Assembly (NCBI GenBank): GCA_963781885.1
Contig: CAWAHW010000001.1
Location: 288,001 to 352,000, forward strand
DNA length: 64,000 nt
Source of the DNA: an uncultured Spirochaetota bacterium
GTDB lineage: Bacteria; Spirochaetota; Spirochaetia; SZUA-6; Fen-1364
Direction of reading: 5' to 3'
The notes under the pieces: model-generated
Told to the model about the DNA's origin: nothing
The model's database searches: none
Seen by the model: only the letters and a program-made list of their open reading frames with translations
In this document: positions 16,555-28,370 of the stretch, in pieces
How positions within the stretch are numbered: position 1 is the stretch's first letter
Layout: each line of letters opens with the position of its first letter
Translations under genes and position numbers: made by a program

Positions 16555-16628
16555 CGTGCCCAAGAGGATTCGAACCTCCGGCCTTTGGATCCGCAATCCA
16601 ATGCTCTATCCAGCTGAGCTATGGGCAC
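16555..16628 (-). tRNA. tRNA-Arg(GCG)
   Basis: GTGCCCATAGCTCAGCTGGATAGAGC; anticodon arm TTGGA TT GCG GA TCCAA. Confidence 0.93.
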
Positions 16629-16767
16629 CTGATTCCATGAGCACCTCGGTCTTCAAATCTACGGGCTCGCTTCCGTCCATCCCTGGACTCGCTCGCCCTC
16701 GTCTTCCATGATTACGCCGCGCCGTTCGTGCATCCTTGCACGCGGCGCGGCTCGACTTCCCTGTCTA

Positions 16768-16855
<88 letters not shown>

Positions 16856-16942
16856 AGATCCAGCACCTCCCCGGAAAATCCTTTGCACGCCGGGGGTCCC
16901 CTCAACGAATCTCCTGGTGACCGGGGGCAGGAGAAAAGTGAC

Positions 16943-17030
16943 CGGAGAGGGAGGGATTCGAACCCCCGGAACCGCGGAGCGGCTCAACGGTTTTCAAGAC
17001 CGCCTCCTTCGACCACTCGGACACCTCTCC
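16943..17030 (-). tRNA. tRNA-Ser(TGA)
   Basis: Anticodon arm GCGGT CT TGA AA ACCGT; long variable arm. Confidence 0.95.
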
Positions 17031-17109
17031 CGAGCATAAAGAAATGCGCCCCCAGCCCGTCTGCATCATGACGAGCGACAGCGCATTGCTCTCCTCTACT
17101 GGCAGGCTC

Positions 17110-17138
17110 ACTATAATCATCGACCCGCCCTTTGTCAA
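17110..17138 (-). promoter_or_regulatory. sigma70 promoter of the tRNA/ffs/dnaX transcript
   Basis: TTGACA-17nt-TATAGT. Confidence 0.75.
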
Positions 17139-17172
17139 CAAAAGGGCACGCCCCACCAGACGCCACGCGTCC

Positions 17173-18036
17173 TTATGCGAGGATTTGGAGGATTCTTTCC
17201 AGGTCGTCGGAAGAAAAATAGGATATCTGTATTCGCCCCTTGCTTCCCGTGCCATGCACTTCGACCTTTGTTCCCAGCTTTTCTATAAGCTTCTGCTCCA
17301 GCTCCTGAATCTCGGGTTCTTTTCGGATGCTGGACGCAACGCCGCTGCCCGAAGACCTTCCTTTGCCCTTCTTTCCCTTGTTGAAGGATGCGGCAACATC
17401 TTCGGCTTCTCTTACGGAAAGACCGTTTTCCACGATGCGTCGGAGCAGCACGTGCTGGTCGCCGGTATTCACCAGCGCCAGGAGGGCGCGCGCGTGACCT
17501 GCCGTGATCAGGCCGTGGGAAAGCGCCTCGCGCGATTCCTCGGGAAGCTTCAGCAGGCGCAGCGTATTGGCAACGGTGGACCTGTCCTTGCCCACGCGCG
17601 CGGCGACCTGCTCCTGGCTCAGCTCGGCGATATCCATGAGCCGCCGATAGGCAAGCGCCTCCTCGATCGGCGTGAGGTCCTCCCGCTGGACATTTTCGAT
17701 CAGCGCGATCTCCAGTTTTTCCTGCGCGCTGAAGCGGCGCACGATGACGGGTACCTTCTGCATGCCCGCGAGCCTTGCGGCCCGCGCCCGCCGCTCGCCC
17801 GCGACGATGATGTAGCTGCCGTCGACGTCCTGTTCGGCGAGTATGGGCTGCAGGATGCCTTTTTCTTTTATCGACTGCGCGAGCTCCTTCAGCGTCGCCT
17901 CGTCGAATGACTGCCGCGGCTGCTGGGGACCGGGCTTCAGCGACCCGAGCGCGACCTCCGTGACCGGCGCTTCATCCTGGGCGTCGTTCTCGCCGAGCAG
18001 GGCGCCAATGCCCTTGCCGAGCGCTCTCTTAGACAT
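17173..18036 (-). CDS. parB: Chromosome partitioning protein ParB
   Basis: MSKRALGKGIGALL, GILQPI, AGERRARAA, ALIENVQREDL, HTH. Confidence 0.96.
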   Translation of the reverse strand: MSKRALGKGIGALLGENDAQDEAPVTEVALGSLKPGPQQPRQSFDEATLKELAQSIKEKGILQPILAEQDVDGSYIIVAGERRARAARLAGMQKVPVIVRRFSAQEKLEIALIENVQREDLTPIEEALAYRRLMDIAELSQEQVAARVGKDRSTVANTLRLLKLPEESREALSHGLITAGHARALLALVNTGDQHVLLRRIVENGLSVREAEDVAASFNKGKKGKGRSSGSGVASSIRKEPEIQELEQKLIEKLGTKVEVHGTGSKGRIQISYFSSDDLERILQILA

Positions 18037-18784
18037 TGAGGAGCACCTCCTCGGCGAGCTTCTGGTAGCTGCGGGCGCCGATGCATTCGGGGTCGTACTG
18101 GTTGATCGGCTTGGCAAATGAAGGGGCTTCGCTCAGCCGCACGTTGCGGGGGATGATCGTGCGGAACACCTTTTCCTTGAAGTAGCCCGTGACCTCCTGC
18201 ACGACGTCGTGGGCGAGCTTCGTGCGCTGGTCGTACATCGTGAAGAGGATCCCGCCGATCTTCAGCTCCGTGTTCAGCGCTTTCTGCACCCTATTCACCG
18301 TTTTCAGGAGCAGGCTCAGCCCCTCCAGGGCGAAGTATTCGCACTGCAGCGGGATGATGACGGAGTTGGCCGCGACAAGGCCGTTCAGCGTCAGGAGGCC
18401 CAGCGATGGCGGGCAGTCGATGAAGATGTAGTCGAAACGGTCGCAGAGAGGCGCGAGAGATCGCTTGAGGAAATACTCCCGCTCGTCTTGGTCGACGAGC
18501 TCCACCGTGGCGCCCGTGAGGTCGATGGTCGAGGGGATGATCGAGAGATTGGGCACCGAGCAGGTCTGGATGGCATCGTCCACCGACGCCTTTCCCATGA
18601 TCACCTCGTAGATGCCCTGCCGGTCACGGGCGGCGCCGACGGAGCTCGTCGTGTTACTCTGGGGATCGAAGTCCACGAGGAGGACGCGCTTGCCGGCCTC
18701 AGCAAGGTAGGCGCCGAGATTCACCGCCGTGGTGGTCTTTCCCACGCCCCCCTTCTGGTTGGCAAAAACTATCGTCTTCCCCAT
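18029..18784 (-). CDS. parA: Chromosome partitioning ATPase ParA/Soj
   Basis: NQKGGVGKTTT, IDCPPSLG, PLQCEYFALEG. Confidence 0.96.
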   Translation of the reverse strand: MGKTIVFANQKGGVGKTTTAVNLGAYLAEAGKRVLLVDFDPQSNTTSSVGAARDRQGIYEVIMGKASVDDAIQTCSVPNLSIIPSTIDLTGATVELVDQDEREYFLKRSLAPLCDRFDYIFIDCPPSLGLLTLNGLVAANSVIIPLQCEYFALEGLSLLLKTVNRVQKALNTELKIGGILFTMYDQRTKLAHDVVQEVTGYFKEKVFRTIIPRNVRLSEAPSFAKPINQYDPECIGARSYQKLAEEVLLNV

Positions 18785-18966
18785 CGCAAGAGGAATATCC
18801 CATTTTCCGGGCGGTGGCAATAGAAGTAGACACCTGTATGCTGAACCTTCGTAGGGCATTTCCACGCCGTTTCCCGAAAAAAAATGGCTCTTGCGTCCGC
18901 AGGGGACTTGCGTTATACCAATGCTTCGCCAACAATCAGTTTGCAGCATCTCTGGGAGGGGAAAAC

Positions 18967-21069
18967 GTGTTTGTATCGATTAAAAAGCGCAATGGCGTCA
19001 TTGCTTCCTTTCGCCCTGACAAGATTACAACAGCGATCAAACGAGCAGGCGAAGCGACCGGAGAGCTCGACGAGGAGACAGCCGCACGGCTCACGCTGCG
19101 CGTGCTGAATCTCGCCCAGCAGGCGCTTCCGGGCAGCATCCCGTCCGTCGAGCAGATCCAGGACATCGTGGAGGAGGTGCTCATCTCCTCCCAGTTCAAG
19201 CGCACGGCAAAGGCCTACATCATCTACCGCGAGCAGCACGCCCGCATCCGCGAGATCGTCTCTCGCGCGGACGTCGACCTGATCGACCGCTATCTCGACA
19301 GGGCCGACTGGCAGGTCAATGAAAACTCGAACATGGGCTACTCCCTGCAGGGACTGAACAACTACGTCTCTTCGGAGATCAGCAAGATCTACTGGCTGAA
19401 CAAGATCTATCCGCCGGCAATACGTCTGGCCCATTCCGAAGGAGATTTCCACCTCCACGATCTGGGCATCCTTTCGGTCTATTGCGTGGGATGGGACCTG
19501 GAGGACCTGCTCGCGCAGGGATTCGGCGGCGCGGCGGGCAAGGTGGAGAGCAAGCCCGCGCGCCATTTGAGAAGCGCGCTCGGCCAGGTCGTGAACTTTT
19601 TCTACACGCTCCAGGGCGAGGCGGCGGGCGCCCAGGCCTTCTCCCACTTCGACACGCTCCTCGCTCCCTTCATCCGCTACGATCGCCTCGGCTTCGACGA
19701 GGTGAAGCAGGCGCTCCAGGAGTTCGTCTTCAACATCAACGTGCCCACGCGCGTCGGCTTCCAGACCCCTTTCACCAACATCACGATGGACCTCAAGGTG
19801 CCCTCGATGTTCCGCGACAAGCCCGTGATTGTGGGCGGCGAATACCAGGAGGCCGCCTACGGGGAGTTCGAGAAGGAGATGGCGGTCTTCAATCATGCTT
19901 TCCTGGAGGTGCTCGCCGAGGGGGACGCCAAGGGGCGCGTTTTCACGTTCCCCATACCGACCTACAACATCACCAAGGACTTCGACTGGGACGACCCGGC
20001 GCTCGACGTGCTCTGGCGCGTCACGGCGCGGTACGGCATCCCCTACTTCTCCAACTTCGTGAACTCCGACATGTCCCCCGAGGACACCCGCTCGATGTGC
20101 TGCCGGCTGCGTCTGGACATCCGCGGCCTGGAAGGCGAGAAGTCGCTTGCGAAGCGCGGGGGCGGCCTCTTCGGCGCCAACCCGCTCACGGGGTCGATCG
20201 GCGTGGTCACCATCAACATGCCGCGCCTGGGCTATCTGTCCGCTGACGAGGGCGAGCTCCTTCAGCGCCTTGGCGAGCTCATGGATCTCGCCAGCACATC
20301 GCTGGAGATCAAGCGCAAGATGCTTGAAAGCTTCACGGATGGGAACCTCTATCCTTACACGCGATATTACCTCCGCGGCATCCGGGAGCGAACCGGCCGG
20401 TACTGGAAGAATCACTTCTCCACGATCGGGCTGGTGGGTCTCAATGAGGCCTGCGTGAACCTCACGGGCGTCAACCTGGGCTCGGAGTCGGGCCAGCTCT
20501 TTGCCCTGCGCGTGTTGGACTACATGCGGGAGAAGCTCCTTTCATACCAGGAAAAAACGGGCAACAACTACAACCTGGAAGCCACCCCTGCCGAAGGGAC
20601 CTCCTACCGGCTTGCGAAGATCGACGCGGAGAAGTATCCCGGCATCAAGTTCGGAAACGACGGCGAGGCGTCGCAGAAGCCGTTCTACACGAACTCATCG
20701 CAGCTTCCCGTTCAGTACTCGGATGACCTCTTCGAGGTGCTCGACCTGCAGGACGAGATCCAGACCAAGTACACCGGCGGCACGGTCGTGCACCTCTTCG
20801 TCGGCGAGGAGATCTCCGACCCGCGCAATGTGCGGAAGCTCGTGAAGCTCATCTGCGAGCGCTACCACCTGCCCTATTTCACCATCACTCCGACATTCAG
20901 CGTCTGCCCGACGCACGGGTACCTGGCGGGCCGGCAGGAAAAATGCCCGACCTGCGGTGCAGTCTCCGAGGTGTATTCGCGCGTGGTGGGTTACCTTCGG
21001 CCCGTCAATCAGTGGAACGAGGGCAAGGCAGAGGAGTTCAAGGCGCGGAAGACCTTCAAGCTCGCCTGA
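18967..21069 (+). CDS. nrdD: Anaerobic (class III) ribonucleoside-triphosphate reductase
   Basis: N-terminal ATP cone, SMCCRL, EATPAEG, CPTH…CPTC, SRVVGYLRP glycyl-radical motif; GTG start after GGGAGG. Confidence 0.95.
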   Translation: MFVSIKKRNGVIASFRPDKITTAIKRAGEATGELDEETAARLTLRVLNLAQQALPGSIPSVEQIQDIVEEVLISSQFKRTAKAYIIYREQHARIREIVSRADVDLIDRYLDRADWQVNENSNMGYSLQGLNNYVSSEISKIYWLNKIYPPAIRLAHSEGDFHLHDLGILSVYCVGWDLEDLLAQGFGGAAGKVESKPARHLRSALGQVVNFFYTLQGEAAGAQAFSHFDTLLAPFIRYDRLGFDEVKQALQEFVFNINVPTRVGFQTPFTNITMDLKVPSMFRDKPVIVGGEYQEAAYGEFEKEMAVFNHAFLEVLAEGDAKGRVFTFPIPTYNITKDFDWDDPALDVLWRVTARYGIPYFSNFVNSDMSPEDTRSMCCRLRLDIRGLEGEKSLAKRGGGLFGANPLTGSIGVVTINMPRLGYLSADEGELLQRLGELMDLASTSLEIKRKMLESFTDGNLYPYTRYYLRGIRERTGRYWKNHFSTIGLVGLNEACVNLTGVNLGSESGQLFALRVLDYMREKLLSYQEKTGNNYNLEATPAEGTSYRLAKIDAEKYPGIKFGNDGEASQKPFYTNSSQLPVQYSDDLFEVLDLQDEIQTKYTGGTVVHLFVGEEISDPRNVRKLVKLICERYHLPYFTITPTFSVCPTHGYLAGRQEKCPTCGAVSEVYSRVVGYLRPVNQWNEGKAEEFKARKTFKLA

Positions 21070-21095
21070 GTGGGTCGGGTCCGTCCTAAGAAGCA

Positions 21096-21785
21096 ATGCG
21101 AATCGGTGGCTTCCAGAAATTCTCACTCGCCGATTTCCCGGGGCGCATCTCCTCGATCATTTTCACGCTCGGCTGCGGATTCCGCTGCCCATTCTGCCAC
21201 AATCCTGAGCTCGTGGATCCTGCCCGGGCGCCTGCGGAAATACCGCTGGAGACGGTGCTCGCCTTTCTCGACTCGCGCAAAGGCATGGTCGATGGGGTGG
21301 TCGTGACCGGCGGCGAGCCGACGCTCCACACGGACCTACCCGATCTGCTGGGGAAACTGAAGCAGCGGGGCTTCGCCGTGAAGCTCGACACCAACGGCAC
21401 CAACCCCGCCATGCTCGAAAAGCTCGCGAGCGAAGGTCTGGTCGATTACATCGCGATGGACATCAAGGCCCCGCTCGCGGCTTATGACCGGGTCGTGCGC
21501 GCCGCGGTGGACACCGAGTCGATTCGCAGAAGCATCGATATCGTCCTGGCCGCGGGGCTCGCCTATGAGCTTCGCACCACTTACGTGGAATCGCTTCTCT
21601 CAGTTGAAGATATGCTGGGGATCGTGCCTCTCGTGCGCGGCTGCGCGCGCTACGTCCTGCAGCGCTTTCAACCGACAAAATCGCTCGACGCCGCAATGCT
21701 TGATCAAGAGCCCTCTGCAGAAGCCTCTCTTTCCCACATCCAGGGCCTGATGGAATCTGCCGGCATCCCTGCAAGCGTGAGGTAG
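21096..21785 (+). CDS. nrdG: Class III RNR activating radical SAM enzyme
   Basis: CGFRCPFCHN, TGGEPT, KLDTNG; directly after nrdD. Confidence 0.93.
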   Translation: MRIGGFQKFSLADFPGRISSIIFTLGCGFRCPFCHNPELVDPARAPAEIPLETVLAFLDSRKGMVDGVVVTGGEPTLHTDLPDLLGKLKQRGFAVKLDTNGTNPAMLEKLASEGLVDYIAMDIKAPLAAYDRVVRAAVDTESIRRSIDIVLAAGLAYELRTTYVESLLSVEDMLGIVPLVRGCARYVLQRFQPTKSLDAAMLDQEPSAEASLSHIQGLMESAGIPASVR

Positions 21786-21820
21786 GCAGGGCGAGCCAGG
21801 CGCGGCGGGAACGAGGCCCC

Positions 21821-23341
21821 TCAGCCCAGCACCACCTGCTCCGCGGTGACGATAGCGGCATGCAGCTCGGCCGGGGTCGCCGCGTCCTCGAGCCTCCCCT
21901 CCAGGAAATCGCTTTCGAATATGCCGGCGATATGAGACAGCAGGATCTGGTGGATGCGTGGGGTATCCGCGGGTGTCACGAGGATGAAAAGCAGGTTGAT
22001 ATCTTCGCCGGGCACGGGAGCCGGCATGGGTGTCTTCATGCGCGCGACGATTACCATGGGGTTTGCCAGGCGCTGGAGACGTGCATGCGGGATGGCGAGA
22101 CGTTTGCCGACATAGCTGCTGCCCAGTCTTTCGCGGTCGGCAACCGAGAGGATGATGGCATCCCGTGACACCGGGAGGTCGGAGACCTTTATCCGCTGCA
22201 GAGCGTTGCGTGTCGCGGCAAGCACCGTGGTGCCTTCCACATCGAGCAGTGTGTGCTCGGGCGTGAGGAGATCGGAAAGACGGATGCTGGGCTCCGTCGG
22301 ATATTCCTCCTCAACGGTCCCGATCACTTCCTCTATCGCGTCCTCCAATGTGATGATGCCCGACCACTTGCCTTCCTCCGCGTAGACAATCGCCATGTGT
22401 GCCGCCTTGCGCTGCATCTCGGAGAGGCGCTGCTCCAGCGGATCCATCTCCCGGAATTTCAGACACGGCCGTACGAATGTCCGCAGGTCGTCGCTGTGCC
22501 GGCCCGCGAGCTCGGCGAGCAGGATGTCCTTCACGTGGATGAATCCCAACGGCTCGTTCGGGTCGTTGCCGATCAGCGGGTAGCGCGAATAGCGATACTC
22601 GGCGATCAGCGCGTCGTTTTCCGCCTGGGTCGCCATGAGGCTGAGACAGCGCACGAGCCGCCGGGCCCGCATGGCGTTCCTGACCGTCAGAGTGCCCATG
22701 TCCAGCACGTTCTCCATGTGCAGGAGCCTCCGGAAAGAGAGCATGCCGCTTTCCTGCGACTGGTCGAGGATGATCTTGATCTCTTCCTCAGAGTGCCCTC
22801 CCGCGGAAGTGGCCAGGGGAACGCGCAGCAGCCACAGCAGGGCCCGCACCGACTTGTTGAGAAGCCATATGGGCGCGATGAAGATGTAGCGGATCATGAT
22901 GAGCGCGCGCGCCGTCAGGAGCGCCGCCCGCACGGTCCCGCGGATGGCAAGGGACTTGGGAAAGAGCTCACCCAGCACGATGTGCAGATAGGAGACGACA
23001 AGGTAGGCTGCCACGATCGAAACCGAATGGGCAGTAATCCGTGCGGCGGTGACGGGGATACCCACCCAGAGCACCGCCGGCATGAGAAGCTCCGCGAATG
23101 CCGGTTCTCCAACAAAGCCCAGTCCGATGCTCGCGAGCGTTATGCCTACCTGGAAGACCGGCAGGTATGCGTCGAGATTCGCCTGAATTTTTTCCACCAA
23201 CCGCGCGCTGCGGTGCCCCGACTCGACAAGGGCCTCGATCTGGGTGGGCCGCACCTTGACGATGGCGAACTCTGCAAGCACGAAGAAGGCGTTGAGGAGG
23301 ATGAGGAGAAAGGCAAAGATGATGTACCAAGCGAGCGGCAT
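21821..23341 (-). CDS. CNNM/CorB (hemolysin-family) membrane protein: DUF21 + CBS pair + C-terminal PTS EIIA domain
   Basis: NAFFVLAEFAIV, QVGITLAS, GELFPKSLA, YSRYPL, GIITLEDAIEEVIG, then RERLGSSYVGKRLAIPHAR. Confidence 0.88.
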   Translation of the reverse strand: MPLAWYIIFAFLLILLNAFFVLAEFAIVKVRPTQIEALVESGHRSARLVEKIQANLDAYLPVFQVGITLASIGLGFVGEPAFAELLMPAVLWVGIPVTAARITAHSVSIVAAYLVVSYLHIVLGELFPKSLAIRGTVRAALLTARALIMIRYIFIAPIWLLNKSVRALLWLLRVPLATSAGGHSEEEIKIILDQSQESGMLSFRRLLHMENVLDMGTLTVRNAMRARRLVRCLSLMATQAENDALIAEYRYSRYPLIGNDPNEPLGFIHVKDILLAELAGRHSDDLRTFVRPCLKFREMDPLEQRLSEMQRKAAHMAIVYAEEGKWSGIITLEDAIEEVIGTVEEEYPTEPSIRLSDLLTPEHTLLDVEGTTVLAATRNALQRIKVSDLPVSRDAIILSVADRERLGSSYVGKRLAIPHARLQRLANPMVIVARMKTPMPAPVPGEDINLLFILVTPADTPRIHQILLSHIAGIFESDFLEGRLEDAATPAELHAAIVTAEQVVLG

Positions 23342-23400
23342 AGGACCCTGGCTCGATTGTAGCGGATTCAGGGCCCGCTCGTCACCGCCGCCATGCCGTA

Positions 23401-23416
23401 TGTTTCACGTGAAACA
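23401..23416. promoter_or_regulatory. parS centromere site (perfect)
   Basis: TGTTTCACGTGAAACA consensus palindrome. Confidence 0.93.
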
Positions 23417-23459
23417 TTCCGGTGTGCCACTATCAGGGACGGTCGGGGCACACCTGCAA

Positions 23460-23475
23460 TGTTTCCCGTGAAACA
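23460..23475. promoter_or_regulatory. parS centromere site (one mismatch)
   Basis: TGTTTCCCGTGAAACA. Confidence 0.88.
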
Positions 23476-23510
23476 TGCGGCCCCGCCGCGGCCTGCGGCG
23501 AGCGCTTCCC

Positions 23511-25967
23511 TCAGCTCTCCGCGGGCGTTTCCCCGTTCTGCTCTTCCTTCACCACGCGCGCCACGCCCACGACGACATCAGGTTTCGTGATGTTGACGAT
23601 ACGCACGCCCATGGCGTTCTTGCCGAGCGTGGAGACCTCAGCGAGCCGGAGCTTCAAGGCATTGCCCTGCGAGGTGATGCAGACCAGGTCATCCCGGTCA
23701 CTCACGGAGAGGACACCGACGAGCTCCCCGGTCTTTTCCGTCACCCGGTAGCAGATCTGGCCGCGCGTCCCTCGACCGTGGGGCGAGAAGTTGTCGTACT
23801 CCGTGCGTTTGCCGAAGCCGAACTCGCTGAGGAGAAGCATCTGCTCCCCTTCCGTCACCATGGCGACGCCGGACAGCTCATCCTTGTCGGAGAGCCTGAT
23901 GCCCTGCACGCCGTGGGAGGCGCGGCCCATGGCCCGCACCGATTCTTCCCCGAAACGCAGGGCATTGCCCTTGCGCGTCACGAGCACCACCTCATTCTTG
24001 CCGGAGGTGAGGAGCGCCGTCACCAGGCCGTCTCCCTGGTCCAGATTGATGGCGACGATGCCGCGCGTCTTTGCATTTGCAAAGTCGGAGATGGCAACCT
24101 TCTTCACGACGCCCCGTCGAGTGGCCATGAGCACGAAGCGTTCATCCGTGAAGTTGCGCAGGCTCACCACAGCGGTGATCTCCTCCTCGCTTCCCAGGGA
24201 CAGAAGCACCTTGATGCTCTGGCCCTTTGCCTGACGGCTGCTCTCCGGTATCTCGTGCACCTTCACCCAGTACGCCTTGCCCTGGTTGGTGATGAAGAGC
24301 ACGAAGTCATGCGTGGAGGCGATGAAGAACTGCTCGATGAAGTCGTCTTCCTTGAGGAGCGCCGAAGACGAGCCCTTGCCGCCCCTGCCCTGCCTGCGAT
24401 AGGCCGTGACGGGAATGCGTTTGATGTAGCCGCGGTTGGAGATGAGGATTGCCATGTCCTCTTCCGTGATCAGGTCCTCGACATTGATCTCCTCCGCCTC
24501 TTCCTCCACGATCTCCGTGCGCCGGTCATCCCCGAACTTCTTCGAGATCTCCTCCGTCTCTTCCTTCACGACGCCAAGGATCTTCTGCTCGCTTGAAAGC
24601 AGGTCTTTCAGGTGCTCGATGAGGGCCAGCACCTCGGTGAGCTCGTCGACGATCTTCTGCACCTCGAGGCTGGTCAGGCGCTGGAGGCGCATGTCAAGAA
24701 TGGCCTGCGCCTGCTTCTCCGAGAAGGCGAAGCGCTCCATGAGGGCCAGACGAGCCTGCTCGGTGTTCGCCGACTTCTTGATGATGGCGATCACCTCGTC
24801 GATATTGTCCAACGCGATCTTCAGGCCCCGCAGGATGTGGGCGCGTTCCTCCGCGCGCGCAAGGTCGAACCGTGTGCGCCGGGTGACCACCTCCTGGCGA
24901 TGGGCGATGAAGTACTGGAGCATCTCCCGGAGCGACAGTGTCTTCGGAAGGCCTTTCACCAGCGCGAGATTGTTCACGCCGAACGCCGTCTGCATCTGCG
25001 TGTGGGCGAAAAGCTGGTTGAGGATGACCTTGGGCGAGACGCCCTTGCGCAAATCTATGACGATCCGCATCCCGTGCCGGTCCGATTCATCGTTCAGGTC
25101 GACGATGCCGTCGATCTTCTTTTCCTTCACGAGGTCCGCGATGCGGATGATGAGGGCCGACTTGTTCACCTGGTAGGGAATCTCCGTGACGATGATGGAG
25201 TCACGGCCGGCGCTTGAGCTTTCCACTGTGACCTTCGAGCGCACAATGACCTTGCCGCGCCCGGTCAGGTACGCGTCCCGGATTCCCTTGCGCCCAAGGA
25301 TGATGCCGCCCGTGGGAAAGTCCGGTCCCCTCACGAGCTTCAGCAGCTCCTCCGCGGGCGCCGCGGGGTCGTCGATCAGCCTCACGAGCGCCGCGCAGAT
25401 CTCGCGCAGATTCTGCGGCGGGATGTTCGTGGCCATGCCGACCGCGATGCCGCTGGAGCCGTTGGCAAGCAGAAAGGGAAATGCCGCGGGCAGGACAAGG
25501 GGCTCGGTCTGGGAGCCATCGTAGTTGGGGCCGAAATCGACGGTGTCCTTGTTGATGTCGCGGAGCATTTCCTCCGCGATGCGGTTCATGCGCGCCTCGG
25601 TGTACCTCACCGCGGCGGGAGGATCCCCGTCCACGGAGCCGAAGTTGCCCTGCCCGTCCACCACCGGGTAGCGCATGTTGAAATCCTGGGCCAGGCGGAC
25701 CAGGGAGTCGTAGACGGCGAGGTCTCCGTGCGGGTGATATTTGCCCAGGACGTCGCCGACAATGCGCGCGCACTTTTTGTGGGGCTTGTCCGCGTGCAGG
25801 CCCATCTCGTTCATGCCGAAGAGGATGCGGCGGTGAACCGGCTTCAACCCGTCGCGTACGTCCGGAAGGGCGCGCGAGACGATGACGGACATTGCATAGG
25901 TGAGATAGGAGGTCCTGACCTCTTCCTCGATGGGCGTCGAGATGGTGCGGGATTTCACATCAGACAC
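23511..25967 (-). CDS. gyrA: DNA gyrase subunit A
   Basis: [31 protein letters not shown], GyrA-box QGRGGKG, beta-pinwheel repeats. Confidence 0.97.
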   Translation of the reverse strand: MSDVKSRTISTPIEEEVRTSYLTYAMSVIVSRALPDVRDGLKPVHRRILFGMNEMGLHADKPHKKCARIVGDVLGKYHPHGDLAVYDSLVRLAQDFNMRYPVVDGQGNFGSVDGDPPAAVRYTEARMNRIAEEMLRDINKDTVDFGPNYDGSQTEPLVLPAAFPFLLANGSSGIAVGMATNIPPQNLREICAALVRLIDDPAAPAEELLKLVRGPDFPTGGIILGRKGIRDAYLTGRGKVIVRSKVTVESSSAGRDSIIVTEIPYQVNKSALIIRIADLVKEKKIDGIVDLNDESDRHGMRIVIDLRKGVSPKVILNQLFAHTQMQTAFGVNNLALVKGLPKTLSLREMLQYFIAHRQEVVTRRTRFDLARAEERAHILRGLKIALDNIDEVIAIIKKSANTEQARLALMERFAFSEKQAQAILDMRLQRLTSLEVQKIVDELTEVLALIEHLKDLLSSEQKILGVVKEETEEISKKFGDDRRTEIVEEEAEEINVEDLITEEDMAILISNRGYIKRIPVTAYRRQGRGGKGSSSALLKEDDFIEQFFIASTHDFVLFITNQGKAYWVKVHEIPESSRQAKGQSIKVLLSLGSEEEITAVVSLRNFTDERFVLMATRRGVVKKVAISDFANAKTRGIVAINLDQGDGLVTALLTSGKNEVVLVTRKGNALRFGEESVRAMGRASHGVQGIRLSDKDELSGVAMVTEGEQMLLLSEFGFGKRTEYDNFSPHGRGTRGQICYRVTEKTGELVGVLSVSDRDDLVCITSQGNALKLRLAEVSTLGKNAMGVRIVNITKPDVVVGVARVVKEEQNGETPAES

Positions 25968-25989
25968 GATTCTCTCTCCTCAGGGCGCC

Positions 25990-28080
<2,091 letters not shown>

Positions 28081-28104
28081 CTACACTGCGGACACGAAAG
28101 GCCG

Positions 28105-28344
28105 TGTGAATAAACTGTGGATAGGCGATGACATATCCCACCCGCCAGACCGGAAAATGCTGGAACACTCGCTATGATACAAAATGTTATATATTTTTCA
28201 GGGACAGTCTTTTAATTAATTGTATAGAATACAATTATAAGCAGCATAGTTTCCGCCGCGATCGCGGCCAGGGTTTTCCCGACATAATTGTCGCCTTGCG
28301 GAAAGCGGCCCGCGTGACCCCCGCTGTTGACAACCTGTGCATAA
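28105..28344. other. oriC part 1: DnaA boxes and AT-rich unwinding-like tract upstream of dnaA
   Basis: TGTGAATAA 28105, TGTGGATAG 28116, TGTTGACAA 28325, TGTGCATAA 28336; AT-rich stretch at about 28176-28243. Confidence 0.75.
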
Positions 28345-28370
28345 TCTGGCGATAAGAAGGGGAAAATCTG

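Noticed and set aside
18785-18966. NrdR boxes upstream of nrdD
   Set aside because: Only weak partial matches to the consensus
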